Of a DNA stretch of 63,228 bases, positions 12,454 through 25,084 are shown piece after piece. A program made the translations under genes and the position numbers. This DNA comes from Heptranchias perlo. Its lineage: Eukaryota. The notes beneath the pieces are model-generated. The model saw only the letters and a program-made list of their open reading frames with translations, searched no databases and was not told the DNA's origin. The stretch's first letter is position 1, and each line of letters opens with the position of its first letter. The stretch is from contig NW_027138261.1 of the NCBI RefSeq assembly GCF_035084215.1, forward strand, positions 1 through 63,228, in the 5' to 3' direction.

Positions 12454-13860
12454 ANNNNNNNNNNNNNNNNNNNNNNNNNNNNNNNNNNNNNNNNNNNNNN
12501 NNNNNNNNNNNNNNNNNNNNNNNNNNNNNNNNNNNNNNNNNNNNNNNNNNNNNNNNNNNNNNNNNNNNNNNNNNNNNNNNNNNNNNNNNNNNNNNNNNNN
12601 NNNNNNNNNNNNNNNNNNNNNNNNNNNNNNNNNNNNNNNNNNNNNNNNNNNNNNNNNNNNNNNNNNNNNNNNNNNNNNNNNNNNNNNNNNNNNNNNNNNN
12701 NNNNNNNNNNNNNNNNNNNNNNNNNNNNNNNNNNNNNNNNNNNNNNNNNNNNNNNNNNNNNNNNNNNNNNNNNNNNNNNNNNNNNNNNNNNNNNNNNNNN
12801 NNNNNNNNNNNNNNNNNNNNNNNNNNNNNNNNNNNNNNNNNNNNNNNNNNNNNNNNNNNNNNNNNNNNNNNNNNNNNNNNNNNNNNNNNNNNNNNNNNNN
12901 NNNNNNNNNNNNNNNNNNNNNNNNNNNNNNNNNNNNNNNNNNNNNNNNATCCCTTTCTTTCTTTCTCTATTTCTCTCTTTCTTTCTGTCTTTCTATCTTT
13001 CTNNNNNNNNNNNNNNNNNNNNNNNNNNNNNNNNNNNNNNNNNNNNNNNNNNNNNNNNNNNNNNNNNNNNNNNNNNNNNNNNNNNNNNNNNNNNNNNNNN
13101 NNNNNNNNNNNNNNNNNNNNNNNNNNNNNNNNNNNNNNNNNNNNNNNNNNNNNNNNNNNNNNNNNNNNNNNNNNNNNNNNNNNNNNNNNNNNNNNNNNNN
13201 NNNNNNNNNNNNNNNNNNNNNNNNNNNNNNNNNNNNNNNNNNNNNNNNNNNNNNNNNNNNNNNNNNNNNNNNNNNNNNNNNNNNNNNNNNNNNNNNNNNN
13301 NNNNNNNNNNNNNNNNNTTTCTGCCTCTCTTTCTTTCTGTCTGTCTCTCTCTTTCTTTCTTTCTTTCTGTCTCTCTTTCCTTCTTTCTTCCTGTCTTTCT
13401 TTCTTTCTCTTGTCTGTATTTTTTTCTCNNNNNNNNNNNNNNNNNNNNNNNNNNNNNNNNNNNNNNNNNNNNNNNNNNNNNNNNNNNNNNNNNNNNNNNN
13501 NNNNNNNNNNNNNNNNNNNNNNNNNNNNNNNNNNNNNNNNNNNNNNNNNNNNNNNNNNNNNNNNNNNNNNNNNNNNNNNNNNNNNNNNNNNNNNNNNNNN
13601 NNNNNNNNNNNNNNNNNNNNNNNNNNNNNNNNNNNTCTTTTCTTTTCTCTCTTCCTTTCTTTCCCCTCTCTCACTCTCCTTCTTCCTCTCTCTCTCTTTC
13701 TATCTTTCTTTCTGTCTCTCTCTCTCTCTCTCTTTCTGCCATTCTTTCTTTTCTCTGTCTTTTCTTTTCTCTCTTCCTTTCTTTCCCCCTCCCACTCTCC
13801 TTCTTTCTGTCTCCCTCCTTCCTTCTCTCTTTCATTCCTCCCTTTCCCTCTCTCTCTCTC
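12454..13860. repeat. CT-rich low-complexity tract, mostly masked
   Basis: Visible parts are TC/TTTC repeats. Confidence 0.85.
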
Positions 13861-13929
13861 GCTCCGTTGTTTTTCCCTTTGCCAGCTGAAATGAAAGCTC
13901 AGAGTCACGATCTTTGCCAGCGTGCCTAC

Positions 13930-14274
13930 CAGCCATGATGGTTATCTCGTCGGTGAAGTTCACGGCTTGCGATCCGTTTTGATAGTGGCTCACGTGGCAA
14001 AGGACTTTCTGGGGCTGGACCAGCGCCTGGCCGTCGATCCTTAGCCGACTGCTGATGCTGTAGCTTTTTCCCCTTTCCCCTGCGATAGACCTCAGGTCGG
14101 TTTGAACCTTGCTCTCGGTTGGTGCCTGCTCCTGGCCATTAATGAACCAGTAGATCGCGATGTTGTCCGGGTTGAACCCAGACACCAGACAGACCACGGT
14201 CGCTCGCTGCTTTGCCCTGATCTCTTGCGGGGAGGGCTTGAAGACGACGACTGTTGGACTCCTGATCCCGTGTT
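13930..14274 (-). CDS. TRBC: TCR beta constant region exon 1 (Ig C1-set domain)
   Basis: Encodes (E)HGIRSPTVVVFKPSPQEIRAKQRATVVCLVSGFNPDNIAIYWFING...SYSISSRLRI...VLCHVSHY...ITIMA. Has both C1 Cys, the core Trp and TCR-beta-like motifs (PS-x-E...KATxVCL, YSISSRLR). Acceptor ...cccctggcag|AA and donor GCTG|gtaggc. 345 nt, phase 1/1, open. Confidence 0.93.
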
Positions 14275-14409
14275 CTGCCAGGGGGGCGATTTCGAACAGT
14301 GAAAGAAACAATTAAATTCTTATTTTGTGCCGATCGACGACACCAACTGAGGTGGCCAATTGGCCCATCCACATTTTTTTAACGTGGACTCTCGTTAAGG
14401 CTACGACTC

Positions 14410-14786
14410 AGAAACAGGCCGTTCGGCCCATCATGCTCCATGCTGGTGCTCATGCTCCACACGAGCCTCCTCCCTCCCCTACTCCATCTCCCCCTCTCCC
14501 CCTCTCCTTCCATTCCTTTCTCCCTCATGTGTCTATCCAGCTTCCCCACTTAAATCCATCTCCACTATTCCCCTCGACTACTCCTCGAGGGAGCGAGTTC
14601 CGCATTCCCACCGCTCTCTGGGGAAAGAAGTTTCTCCTGAATTCCCCGATTGGATTTATTAGTGACTCTCTTATATTTATGGCCCCCCCTAGTTCTGGTC
14701 TCTCCCCCCATAAGTGGAGACATCTTCTCTATGTCTACCCTATCGAACCCTTTCATGAATCTTAAAGACCTCCATCAGGTCACCCA
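14410..14786 (-). mobile_element. CR1 3' end
   Basis: Reverse complement of the element at 5515-5770 and 41400-41770. Confidence 0.85.
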
Positions 14787-15866
14787 GAGTTTCTTTGAGG
14801 GTGTAACTAGCAGGGTCGATAAAGGGGAACCAGTAGATGTAGTATATTTAGATTTTCAAAAGGCAGTCGATAAGGTGCCACATAAAAGGTGGTTACACAA
14901 GATTAGGGCTCATGGTGTTGGGGGTAATATATTAGCATGGATAGAGGATTGGTTAATGGACAGAAAACAGAGAGTAGGGATAAACGGGTCATTCTCAGGT
15001 TGGCAGGCTGTAACTAGTGGGGTACCACAAGGATCAGTGCTCGGGCCTCAGCTATTTACAATCGATATTAATGACTTAGATGAAGGGACCGAGTGTAATG
15101 TCTCCAAGTTTGCTGACGATACAAAGCTAGGTGGGAAAGTGAGGAGGACACAAAGGGATGGAGACAGGTTAAGTGAGTGGGCAAGAAGGCGGCAGGTGGA
15201 GTATAATGTGGGGAAATGTGAGGTTATTCACTTTGGTAGGAAGAATAGAAAAACTGAAGGTTTTTTAAAAGGTGGGAGACTAAGAAATGTTGGTGCTCAG
15301 AGGGATTTGGGTGTCCTCGTACAAGAAACACAAAAAGTTAACCTGCAGGTACAGCGAGCAATTAGGAAGGCAAATGGTACGTTGGCCTTTATTGCAATGG
15401 GATTGGAGTACAAGAGTAAGGAAGTCTTGCTACAATTGTACAGGGGCTTTGGAGAGACCCTCACCTGGAGTACGGCGTCCAGTTTTGGTCTCCTTATCTA
15501 AGGAAGGAGATACTTGCCTTCGAGGCGGTGCAACAAAGGTTCACTAGATTGATTCCTGGCTTGAGAGGGTTGTCCTATGAGGAGAGGTTGAGTAGAATGG
15601 GCCTATACTCTCTGGAGTTTAGAAGAATGAGAGGTGATCTCATTGAAACATATAAGATTCTGAGGGGGAGCTTGACAGGGTAGATGCTGAGAGGCTGTTT
15701 CCTCCTGTCTGGAGAGTCTAGAACCAGGGGGCATAGTCTCAGGATAAGGGGTTGGCCATCCTAGATTGAGATGAGGAGGAATTTCTTCACTCAGAGGGTT
15801 GTGAATCTTTGGAATTCTCTACCCCAGAGGGCTGTGGATGCTCAGTCATTGGATATATTCAAGGCT
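14787..15866 (+). mobile_element. CR1 LINE RT fragment
   Basis: VDVVYLDFQKAVDKVPH...GVPQGSVLGPQLF...SKFADDTKLGG...YNVGKC, frameshifted. Confidence 0.92.
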
Positions 15867-15869
15867 AAA

Positions 15870-15965
15870 TGTAAGGAGTCTTACAACACCAGGTTATAGT
15901 CCAACAGTTTGATTTGAAAATCACAAGCTTTCGGAGCTAACCTCCTTCATCGGATGAGTGAGAGG
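15870..15965. mobile_element. Possible Penelope-like terminal repeat fragment
   Basis: ACAACACCAGGTTATAGTCCAACAG...GAAAATCACAAGCTTTCGGAG resembles a shark Penelope-like end. Recognised from memory only. Confidence 0.4.
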
Positions 15966-16371
15966 TTCTAAAAACGCATAGCTTGTGCTCTCTCCGAGCC
16001 CCCTCTGGCCCCTTTTTCTCGCACGGCGCAATCTTAAATTGTAATCAGTACGGTCGCGGCCACCTTTTCAAAGACGAGCAAGGGTGGGGGGGTGAGGGGG
16101 ATCTTCGTCCCCCCCCCCTGCCCACCGGTGTCCTGGGCCAATTTTTAATCCCACAGCCGACCAGAGGTTTGCAAGGGGGCACAAGATAATGGGGCCGGGT
16201 GGTCTACGGGGTCCAGAGAAGTGAGGAGAGATCGGACAAGGGTCCTGATCGACAGGAAAGAATTCGATTGTCTCATCGAGAAGATCGTATATCAACCAGC
16301 CAGTGTCGTGGTTAAAACATACGATGCGTTACAGCTCGCCAACCAATTTGGCGTCTTGCTACTGGCCTGTG

Positions 16372-16433
16372 ACAAATGTAGGCGGCCAACAGAGACCTTT
16401 ATTTAGGTGTTGGAACAAAGCCAACTGCTCTGG
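16372..16433 (+). pseudogene. Inverted J-like relic
   Basis: Plus strand *AANRDLYLGVGTKPTAL + G|gtgagt. Preceded by heptamer-like GCCTGTG (16365-16371) with a weak nonamer. Confidence 0.5.
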
Positions 16434-17524
16434 GTGAGTTTTGAAACCTTCGCAGTTTTAACATTCAATCTCCGCCCATGGTCTCGCCCATATCTATCTC
16501 AGCCTTGAATACATTCAACGATGCAGCATCCACACCACATGACCTCTGAGGTAGAGAATTCCAAAGATCCGCAACTCTCCGAGTGAAGAAACTTTTCCTC
16601 ATCTCAGTCTTGGATGGCCGACCCCCTTATCCTGAGACCGTGTCCCGCCCCCCCCCGCCCTGCCCCGGTTCTGGATTCTCCAGCCAGGGGGGGGGGGGAA
16701 ACAATCTCAGCATCGACCAGCTTATCGATCGCGTGGGATCTTGCTGTGCGCAGTGTAACCCCTACATCACAACAGTGACCGCACTCAAAATACAGCTCCC
16801 CGACTCAAAACTTGGTCTCAGATCCACGGGACCGCGGAACGATGCAGAACAGAACGAAACCATTCGGCCCATCGTGCCTGTGCCGGCTCTTTGAAAAAGA
16901 ACTATCCAATTGGTCCCGTCTCCCCCGTCCCTTTTCCCCGTAGCGAATGCTCGAGACGGTAGGGGGAGGAGCGGGGGTGGGGGGAGACCGCTGGGGTTGT
17001 CCTCCTCAGAGCAGGGAAGGTTAAGAGGGGGGACTTGATCGAGGGGTTCACAATCACGAGGGGGTTTCGACAGAGTGAATAAGGAGGGAGTGTTTCCCAG
17101 CGGGGCAGGAGGGTCGGCAGCCGGAGGACCTGCAGATTTAAGGCAATCGGGGAAAGAACCAGAGGAAGGGGGAGAGGTGGAGGATTATTTTAATGCGTTG
17201 AGTTTTTACGATCTGGAATCCGTAAGAGGGTGTGGGTTGTAACCTTCAAAAGGGAGATTGAATAAATATTTGAAGGGGAAAAGATTGGTAGGGCGACGGG
17301 GGGAGGGGGGGCAGTGGGACTAATTGGTGAGGTCTTCCAAGGAGCCTAGCATTGGCACGATGGGCGCAATGGCCTCCTTCTGTGCTGAGAGTTACCATGA
17401 TTCAAAATCCCAACCAGTCCAATCGGGGTCTTCCAAAAGCCTCCGCCATTCTGCAGTTATCAACAACGGCCTCAAACGATGGCAGGGTTCGAATATTAAT
17501 CGCGCACACGCGGATAAAGACGTA

Positions 17525-18287
17525 CGAGTTAAGAGCAGGAGGAGGCCACTCGGCCCCTCGAGCCTGCTCCGCCATTTGATAAGATCATGGCTGATCTGTG
17601 ATCTAACTCCATATACCTGCCTTTGGCCCATATCCCTTAAGACCTTTGGTTGCCAAAAAGCTATCGATCTCAGATTTAAATTTAGCGATTGAGCTAGTAT
17701 CAATTGCCGTTTGCGGAAGAGAATTCCAAACTTCTACCTCCCTTTGTGTGTAGAAATGTTTTCTAATCTCGCTCCTGAAAGGTCGGGCTCTAATTTTTAG
17801 ACTGTGCCCCCTACTCCTAGAATCCCCAACCAGCGGAAATAGTTTCTCTCTCTCCACCCTATCCGTTCCCCTTAATATCTTATAAACTTCGATCAGGTCA
17901 CCCCTTAACCTTCGAAACTCCAGAGAACACAACCCCAATTTGTGTAATCTCTCCTCGTAACTTAACCCTTGAAGTCCGGGTATCATTCCACGCTGCACTC
18001 CCTCCAAGGCCAGTATGTCCTTCCGAAGGTGCGGTGCCCAGAACTGCTCACAGTACTCCAGGTGCGGTCTAACCAGGGTTTTGTATAGCTGCAGCACAAC
18101 TTCTGCCCCCTTGTACTCTCGTCCTCTAGATATAAAGACCAGCGTTACATTAGCCTTATTGATTATTGTCTGCACCTGTTCATGACACGTCAATGATCGA
18201 TGGACCTGAACCCCGAAGTCCCTTTGGACGTCCACTGTTTTGAACTTTTTACCATTTAGAAAGTACCCTGTTCTATCCTTTTTTGAT
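17525..18287 (-). mobile_element. CR1 3' fragment, near-identical to 352-1128
   Basis: ORF 17603-18235 encodes the CR1 ORF2 C-terminus. Confidence 0.9.
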
Positions 18288-18316
18288 GAATGTAATATTT
18301 TGACAAGTCTACCTAC

Positions 18317-18367
18317 CTCGAATGACTAATTTAGTCCCATCACCAAATGCATAATCGTAGCTGCCTG
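18317..18367 (-). other. TRBJ: J-beta segment, ORF intact, defective heptamer
   Basis: GSYDYAFGDGTKLVIR + G|gtaggt. RSS AGCAGTG-12-ATTAAAACC (18368-18395) lacks the CAC. Confidence 0.85.
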
Positions 18368-19014
18368 AGCAGTGAAACAAATTAGGATTAAAACCGCCAA
18401 CCGGTTGACGACTTTTAAAACAGCACATCTTCAGAGAGGGCTCCTCTGCCAACATACCAGTTAAGGCAGGAATAATTCACTCGAAAGCATTAATTACTAC
18501 AGGCGTCGTTAACAAATTAAAGCCTGGAGTACTGAACCCGGCCGCCAGCCGTTAACTGATGTAATTCGGCCGACGTCTCACTCACCCAGGCGACCGTCAA
18601 CATCGAGACGTGGGAAAAAAATAGGAGCGGGGGAAGGCCATTCGGCCCTTCGAGCCTGCCCCGCCGTTCGATTTGATCCTGGCCGACCCTGTATCTCAAG
18701 ACCGTATTCCCGCTCTCTCCCCGTACCCCTCGATGCCTTTTGTGTCTAGAAATCTATCCAGCTCCTTCTTGAATATATTCAGGGAATTGGCCTCCACGGC
18801 CTTCTGGGGCAGAGAATTCTACCCTCTGAGTGAAGAAATTTCTCCTCATCTCAGTCCGAAACGTCCTAACCACCCCCCACCCCCCCGTATCCTGAGATTG
18901 TGACCCCCCTTCGAAACTCGAGGGAATACAGGCCGAGTCGACCCAATCTCTCCTCGTCCCAGGGATCAGTCTAGCGAACCTGCGATGCGCTCCCTCTGTG
19001 GCAAATCTCCTTTC

Positions 19015-19060
19015 TTAGTTCACTAACGCAGTGCCAGCTCCAACATACAAAGGTCGAGTC
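19015..19060 (-). pseudogene. TRBJ: Decayed J-beta relic
   Basis: TRPLYVGAGTALVN*: F>V, no donor, abuts a CR1 fragment. RSS-like CACATTA-13-ACAAAAATA at 19061-19089. Confidence 0.55.
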
Positions 19061-19374
19061 CACATTACGATAAACCCATCACAAAAATAATCCTCGCAGA
19101 TGTTATTATTTACGTTTGATATTGGTTATTGGCTCGTATCGGCTCGCCGTAAGCTAGCTCATAAACGAACCAGGAGGTTTCCAACTGAAGCAAACTGCAT
19201 TTCTCAACACCGTCTAATCTATCTATGTGTGAACCTATCTGTAGTTAATTCAGCTCAAGGCAGTGCGTCAACTGACCAGTTAGGACAGAGAACGCTGGAC
19301 GATTTTTGGAGTCCCTTCCCAATTATTAATTACGTGCGAGGTGAAACTAGTTATCCTGGCTTCGGTTAACTCGC

Positions 19375-19431
19375 CCAAAATCGCCAGCATCGACCCTCGT
19401 CCAAAATAGAAAGGGTCGTTATACCCGTCCG
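19375..19431 (-). other. TRBJ: J-beta segment with GC splice donor
   Basis: DGYNDPFYFGRGSMLAIL + G|gcgagt. 12-RSS CACTGCA-12-GCGAAAACA at 19432-19459. Confidence 0.85.
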
Positions 19432-19509
19432 CACTGCACCGAGTGACAGTGCGAAAACACAGAGATTGTCGATAGATACATAGACCAACAAGGAGATAAG
19501 TGGAGAGAC

Positions 19510-22500
19510 NNNNNNNNNNNNNNNNNNNNNNNNNNNNNNNNNNNNNNNNNNNNNNNNNNNNNNNNNNNNNNNNNNNNNNNNNNNNNNNNNNNNNNNNNNN
19601 NNNNNNNNNNNNNNNNNNNNNNNNNNNNNNNNNNNNNNNNNNNNNNNNNNNNNNNNNNNNNNNNNNNNNNNNNNNNNNNNNNNNNNNNNNNNNNNNNNNN
19701 NNNNNNNNNNNNNNNNNNNNNNNNNNNNNNNNNNNNNNNNNNNNNNNNNNNNNNNNNNNNNNNNNNNNNNNNNNNNNNNNNNNNNNNNNNNNNNNNNNNN
19801 NNNNNNNNNNNNNNNNNNNNNNNNNNNNNNNNNNNNNNNNNNNNNNNNNNNNNNNNNNNNNNNNNNNNNNNNNNNNNNNNNNNNNNNNNNNNNNNNNNNN
19901 NNNNNNNNNNNNNNNNNNNNNNNNNNNNNNNNNNNNNNNNNNNNNNNNNNNNNNNNNNNNNNNNNAGACAGATNNNNNNNNNNNNNNNNNNNNNNNNNNN
20001 NNNNNNNNNNNNNNNNNNNNNNNNNNNNNNNNNNNNNNNNNNNNNNNNNNNNNNNNNNNNNNNNNNNNNNNNNNNNNNNNNNNNNNNNNNNNNNNNNNNN
20101 NNNNNNNNNNNNNNNNNNNNNNNNNNNNNNNNNNNNNNNNNNNNNNNNNNNNNNNNNNNNNNNNNNNNNNNNNNNNNNNNNNNNNNNNNNNNNNNNNNNN
20201 NNNNNNNNNNNNNNNNNNNNNNNNNNNNNNNNNNNNNNNNNNNNNNNNNNNNNNNNNNNNNNNNNNNNNNNNNNNNNNNNNAGAGAGCCAGAGAGATAGA
20301 GAGAGAGACAGATAGAGAGACAGACNNNNNNNNNNNNNNNNNNNNNNNNNNNNNNNNNNNNNNNNNNNNNNNNNNNNNNNNNNNNNNNNNNNNNNNNNNN
20401 NNNNNNNNNNNNNNNNNNNNNNNNNNNNNNNNNNNNNNNNNNNNNNNNNNNNNNNNNNNNNNNNNNNNNNNNNNNNNNNNNNNNNNNNNNNNNNNNNNNN
20501 NNNNNNNNNNNNNNGACNNNNNNNNNNNNNNNNNNNNNNNNNNNNNNNNNNNNNNNNNNNNNNNNNNNNNNNNNNNNNNNNNNNNNNNNNNNNNNNNNNN
20601 NNNNNNNNNNNNNNNNNNNNNNNNNNNNNNNNNNNNNNNNNNNNNNNNNNNNNNNNNNNNNNNNNNNNNNNNNNNNNNNNNNNNNNNNNNNNNNNNNNNN
20701 NNNNNNNNNNNNNNNNNNNNTAGATAGAGAGACAGAGAGAGATAGATAGAGAGAGAGATAGAGAGATAGATAGAGAGACAGACAGAGAGATAGATAGAGA
20801 GACAGAGAGAGAGATAGATAGAGAGACAGAGAGAGAGNNNNNNNNNNNNNNNNNNNNNNNNNNNNNNNNNNNNNNNNNNNNNNNNNNNNNNNNNNNNNNN
20901 NNNNNNNNNNNNNNNNNNNNNNNNNNNNNNNNNNNNNNNNNNNNNNNNNNNNNNNNNNNNNNNNNAATGAGAGAGNNNNNNNNNNNNNNNNNNNNNNNNN
21001 NNNNNNNNNNNNNNNNNNNNNNNNNNNNNNNNNNNNNNNNNNNNNNNNNNNNNNNNNNNNNNNNNNNNNNNNNNNNNNNNNNNNNNNNNNNNNNNNNNNN
21101 NNNNNNNNNNNNNNNNNNNNNNNNNNNNNNNNNNNNNNNNNNNNNNNNNNNNNNNNNNNNNNNAGATAGAGAGACAGACAGAGAGATAGATAGAAAGATA
21201 GANNNNNNNNNNNNNNNNNNNNNNNNNNNNNNNNNNNNNNNNNNNNNNNNNNNNNNNNNNNNNNNNNNNNNNNNNNNNNNNNNNNNNNNNNNNNNNNNNN
21301 NNNNNNNNNNNNNNNNNNNNNNNNNNNNNNNNNNNNNGATAGATAGAGAGACAGACAAAGAGATAGATAGAGAGACAGACAGAGAGACAGACAGAGATAG
21401 ATAGAGAGACAGACAGAGAGAGAGACAGAGAGATAGAGAGAGAGACAGATAGAGAGNNNNNNNNNNNNNNNNNNNNNNNNNNNNNNNNNNNNNNNNNNNN
21501 NNNNNNNNNNNNNNNNNNNNNNNNNNNNNNNNNNNNNNNNNNNNNNNNNNNNNNNNNNNNNNNNNNNNNNNNNNNNNNNNNNNNNNNNNNNNNNNNAGAC
21601 AGAGAGATAGACAGAGAGACAGACAGAGATAGATAGAGAGACAGACAGAGAGACAGACAGAGAGATAGACAGAGAGACAGACAGAGATAGATAGAGAGAC
21701 AGACAGAGAGACAGACAGAGATAGATAGAGAGACAGACAGAGAGAGAGACAGAGAGATAGAGAGAGAGACAGATAGAGNNNNNNNNNNNNNNNNNNNNNN
21801 NNNNNNNNNNNNNNNNNNNNNNNNNNNNNNNNNNNNNNNNNNNNNNNNNNNNNNNNNNNNNNNNNNNNNNNNNNNNNNNNNNNNNNNNNNNNNNNNNNNN
21901 NNNNNNNNNNNNNNNNNNNNNNNNNNNNNNNNNNNNNNNNNNNNNNNNNNNNNNNNNNNNNNNNNNNNNNNNNNNNNNNNNNNNNNNNNNNNNNNNNNNN
22001 NNNNNNNNNNNNNNNNNNNNNNNNNNNNNNNNNNNNNNNNNNNNNNNNNNNNNNNNNNNNNNNNNNNNNNNNNNNNNNNNNNNNNNNNNNNNNNNNNNNN
22101 NNNNNNNNNNNNNNNNNNNNNNNNNNNNNNNNNNNNNNNNNNNNNNNNNNNNNNNNNNNNNNNNNNNNNNNNNNNNNNNNNNNNNNNNNNNNNNNNNNNN
22201 NNNNNNNTAGATAGAGAGACAGAGAGAGATAGATAGAGAGAGAGATAGAGAGATAGATAGAGAGACAGACAGAGAGATAGATAGAGAGACAGAGAGAGAG
22301 ATAGATAGAGAGACAGAGAGAGAGNNNNNNNNNNNNNNNNNNNNNNNNNNNNNNNNNNNNNNNNNNNNNNNNNNNNNNNNNNNNNNNNNNNNNNNNNNNN
22401 NNNNNNNNNNNNNNNNNNNNNNNNNNNNNNNNNNNNNNNNNNNNNNNNNNNNAATGAGAGAGNNNNNNNNNNNNNNNNNNNNNNNNNNNNNNNNNNNNNN

Positions 22501-25072
22501 NNNNNNNNNNNNNNNNNNNNNNNNNNNNNNNNNNNNNNNNNNNNNNNNNNNNNNNNNNNNNNNNNNNNNNNNNNNNNNNNNNNNNNNNNNNNNNNNNNNN
22601 NNNNNNNNNNNNNNNNNNNNNNNNNNNNNNNNNNNNNNNNNNNNNNNNNNAGATAGAGAGACAGACAGAGAGATAGATAGAAAGATAGANNNNNNNNNNN
22701 NNNNNNNNNNNNNNNNNNNNNNNNNNNNNNNNNNNNNNNNNNNNNNNNNNNNNNNNNNNNNNNNNNNNNNNNNNNNNNNNNNNNNNNNNNNNNNNNNNNN
22801 NNNNNNNNNNNNNNNNNNNNNNNNGATAGATAGAGAGACAGACAAAGAGATAGATAGAGAGACAGACAGAGAGACAGACAGAGATAGATAGAGAGACAGA
22901 CAGAGAGAGAGACAGAGAGATAGAGAGAGAGACAGATAGAGAGNNNNNNNNNNNNNNNNNNNNNNNNNNNNNNNNNNNNNNNNNNNNNNNNNNNNNNNNN
23001 NNNNNNNNNNNNNNNNNNNNNNNNNNNNNNNNNNNNNNNNNNNNNNNNNNNNNNNNNNNNNNNNNNNNNNNNNNNNNNNNNNNAGACAGAGAGATAGACA
23101 GAGAGACAGACAGAGATAGATAGAGAGACAGACAGAGAGACAGACAGAGAGATAGACAGAGAGACAGACAGAGATAGATAGAGAGACAGACAGAGAGACA
23201 GACAGAGATAGATAGAGAGACAGACAGAGAGAGAGACAGAGAGATAGAGAGAGAGACAGATAGAGNNNNNNNNNNNNNNNNNNNNNNNNNNNNNNNNNNN
23301 NNNNNNNNNNNNNNNNNNNNNNNNNNNNNNNNNNNNNNNNNNNNNNNNNNNNNNNNNNNNNNNNNNNNNNNNNNNNNNNNNNNNNNNNNNNNNNNNNNNN
23401 NNNNNNNNNNNNNNNNNNNNNNNNNNNNNNNNNNNNNNNNNNNNNNNNNNNNNNNNNNNNNNNNNNNNNNNNNNNNNNNNNNNNNNNNNNNNNNNNNNNN
23501 NNNNNNNNNNNNNNNNNNNNNNNNNNNNNNNNNNNNNNNNNNNNNNNNNNNNNNNNNNNNNNNNNNNNNNNNNNNNNNNNNNNNNNNNNNNNNNNNNNNN
23601 NNNNNNNNNNNNNNNNNNNNNNNNNNNNNNNNNNNNNNNNNNNNNNNNNNNNNNNNNNNNNNNNNNNNNNNNNNNNNNNNNNNNNNNNNNNNNNTAGATA
23701 GAGAGACAGAGAGAGATAGATAGAGAGAGAGATAGAGAGATAGATAGAGAGACAGACAGAGAGATAGATAGAGAGACAGAGAGAGAGATAGATAGAGAGA
23801 CAGAGAGAGAGNNNNNNNNNNNNNNNNNNNNNNNNNNNNNNNNNNNNNNNNNNNNNNNNNNNNNNNNNNNNNNNNNNNNNNNNNNNNNNNNNNNNNNNNN
23901 NNNNNNNNNNNNNNNNNNNNNNNNNNNNNNNNNNNNNNNAATGAGAGAGNNNNNNNNNNNNNNNNNNNNNNNNNNNNNNNNNNNNNNNNNNNNNNNNNNN
24001 NNNNNNNNNNNNNNNNNNNNNNNNNNNNNNNNNNNNNNNNNNNNNNNNNNNNNNNNNNNNNNNNNNNNNNNNNNNNNNNNNNNNNNNNNNNNNNNNNNNN
24101 NNNNNNNNNNNNNNNNNNNNNNNNNNNNNNNNNNNNNAGATAGAGAGACAGACAGAGAGATAGATAGAAAGATAGANNNNNNNNNNNNNNNNNNNNNNNN
24201 NNNNNNNNNNNNNNNNNNNNNNNNNNNNNNNNNNNNNNNNNNNNNNNNNNNNNNNNNNNNNNNNNNNNNNNNNNNNNNNNNNNNNNNNNNNNNNNNNNNN
24301 NNNNNNNNNNNGATAGATAGAGAGACAGACAAAGAGATAGATAGAGAGACAGACAGAGAGACAGACAGAGATAGATAGAGAGACAGACAGAGAGAGAGAC
24401 AGAGAGATAGAGAGAGAGACAGATAGAGAGNNNNNNNNNNNNNNNNNNNNNNNNNNNNNNNNNNNNNNNNNNNNNNNNNNNNNNNNNNNNNNNNNNNNNN
24501 NNNNNNNNNNNNNNNNNNNNNNNNNNNNNNNNNNNNNNNNNNNNNNNNNNNNNNNNNNNNNNNNNNNNNNAGACAGAGAGATAGACAGAGAGACAGACAG
24601 AGATAGATAGAGAGACAGACAGAGAGACAGACAGAGAGATAGACAGAGAGACAGACAGAGATAGATAGAGAGACAGACAGAGAGACAGACAGAGATAGAT
24701 AGAGAGACAGACAGAGAGAGAGACAGAGAGATAGAGAGAGAGACAGATAGAGNNNNNNNNNNNNNNNNNNNNNNNNNNNNNNNNNNNNNNNNNNNNNNNN
24801 NNNNNNNNNNNNNNNNNNNNNNNNNNNNNNNNNNNNNNNNNNNNNNNNNNNNNNNNNNNNNNNNNNNNNNNNNNNNNNNNNNNNNNNNNNNNNNNNNNNN
24901 NNNNNNNNNNNNNNNNNNNNNNNNNNNNNNNNNNNNNNNNNNNNNNNNNNNNNNNNNNNNNNNNNNNNNNNNNNNNNNNNNNNNNNNNNNNNNNNNNNNN
25001 NNNNNNNNNNNNNNNNNNNNNNNNNNNNNNNNNNNNNNNNNNNNNNNNNNNNNNNNNNNNNNNNNNNNNNNN
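19510..25072. repeat. GATA/GACA/GA microsatellite field with 1487-bp higher-order repeat, largely masked
   Basis: Identical blocks recur at 20967, 22454 and 23941. Confidence 0.85.
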
Positions 25073-25084
25073 ATGTAGCTTTAC

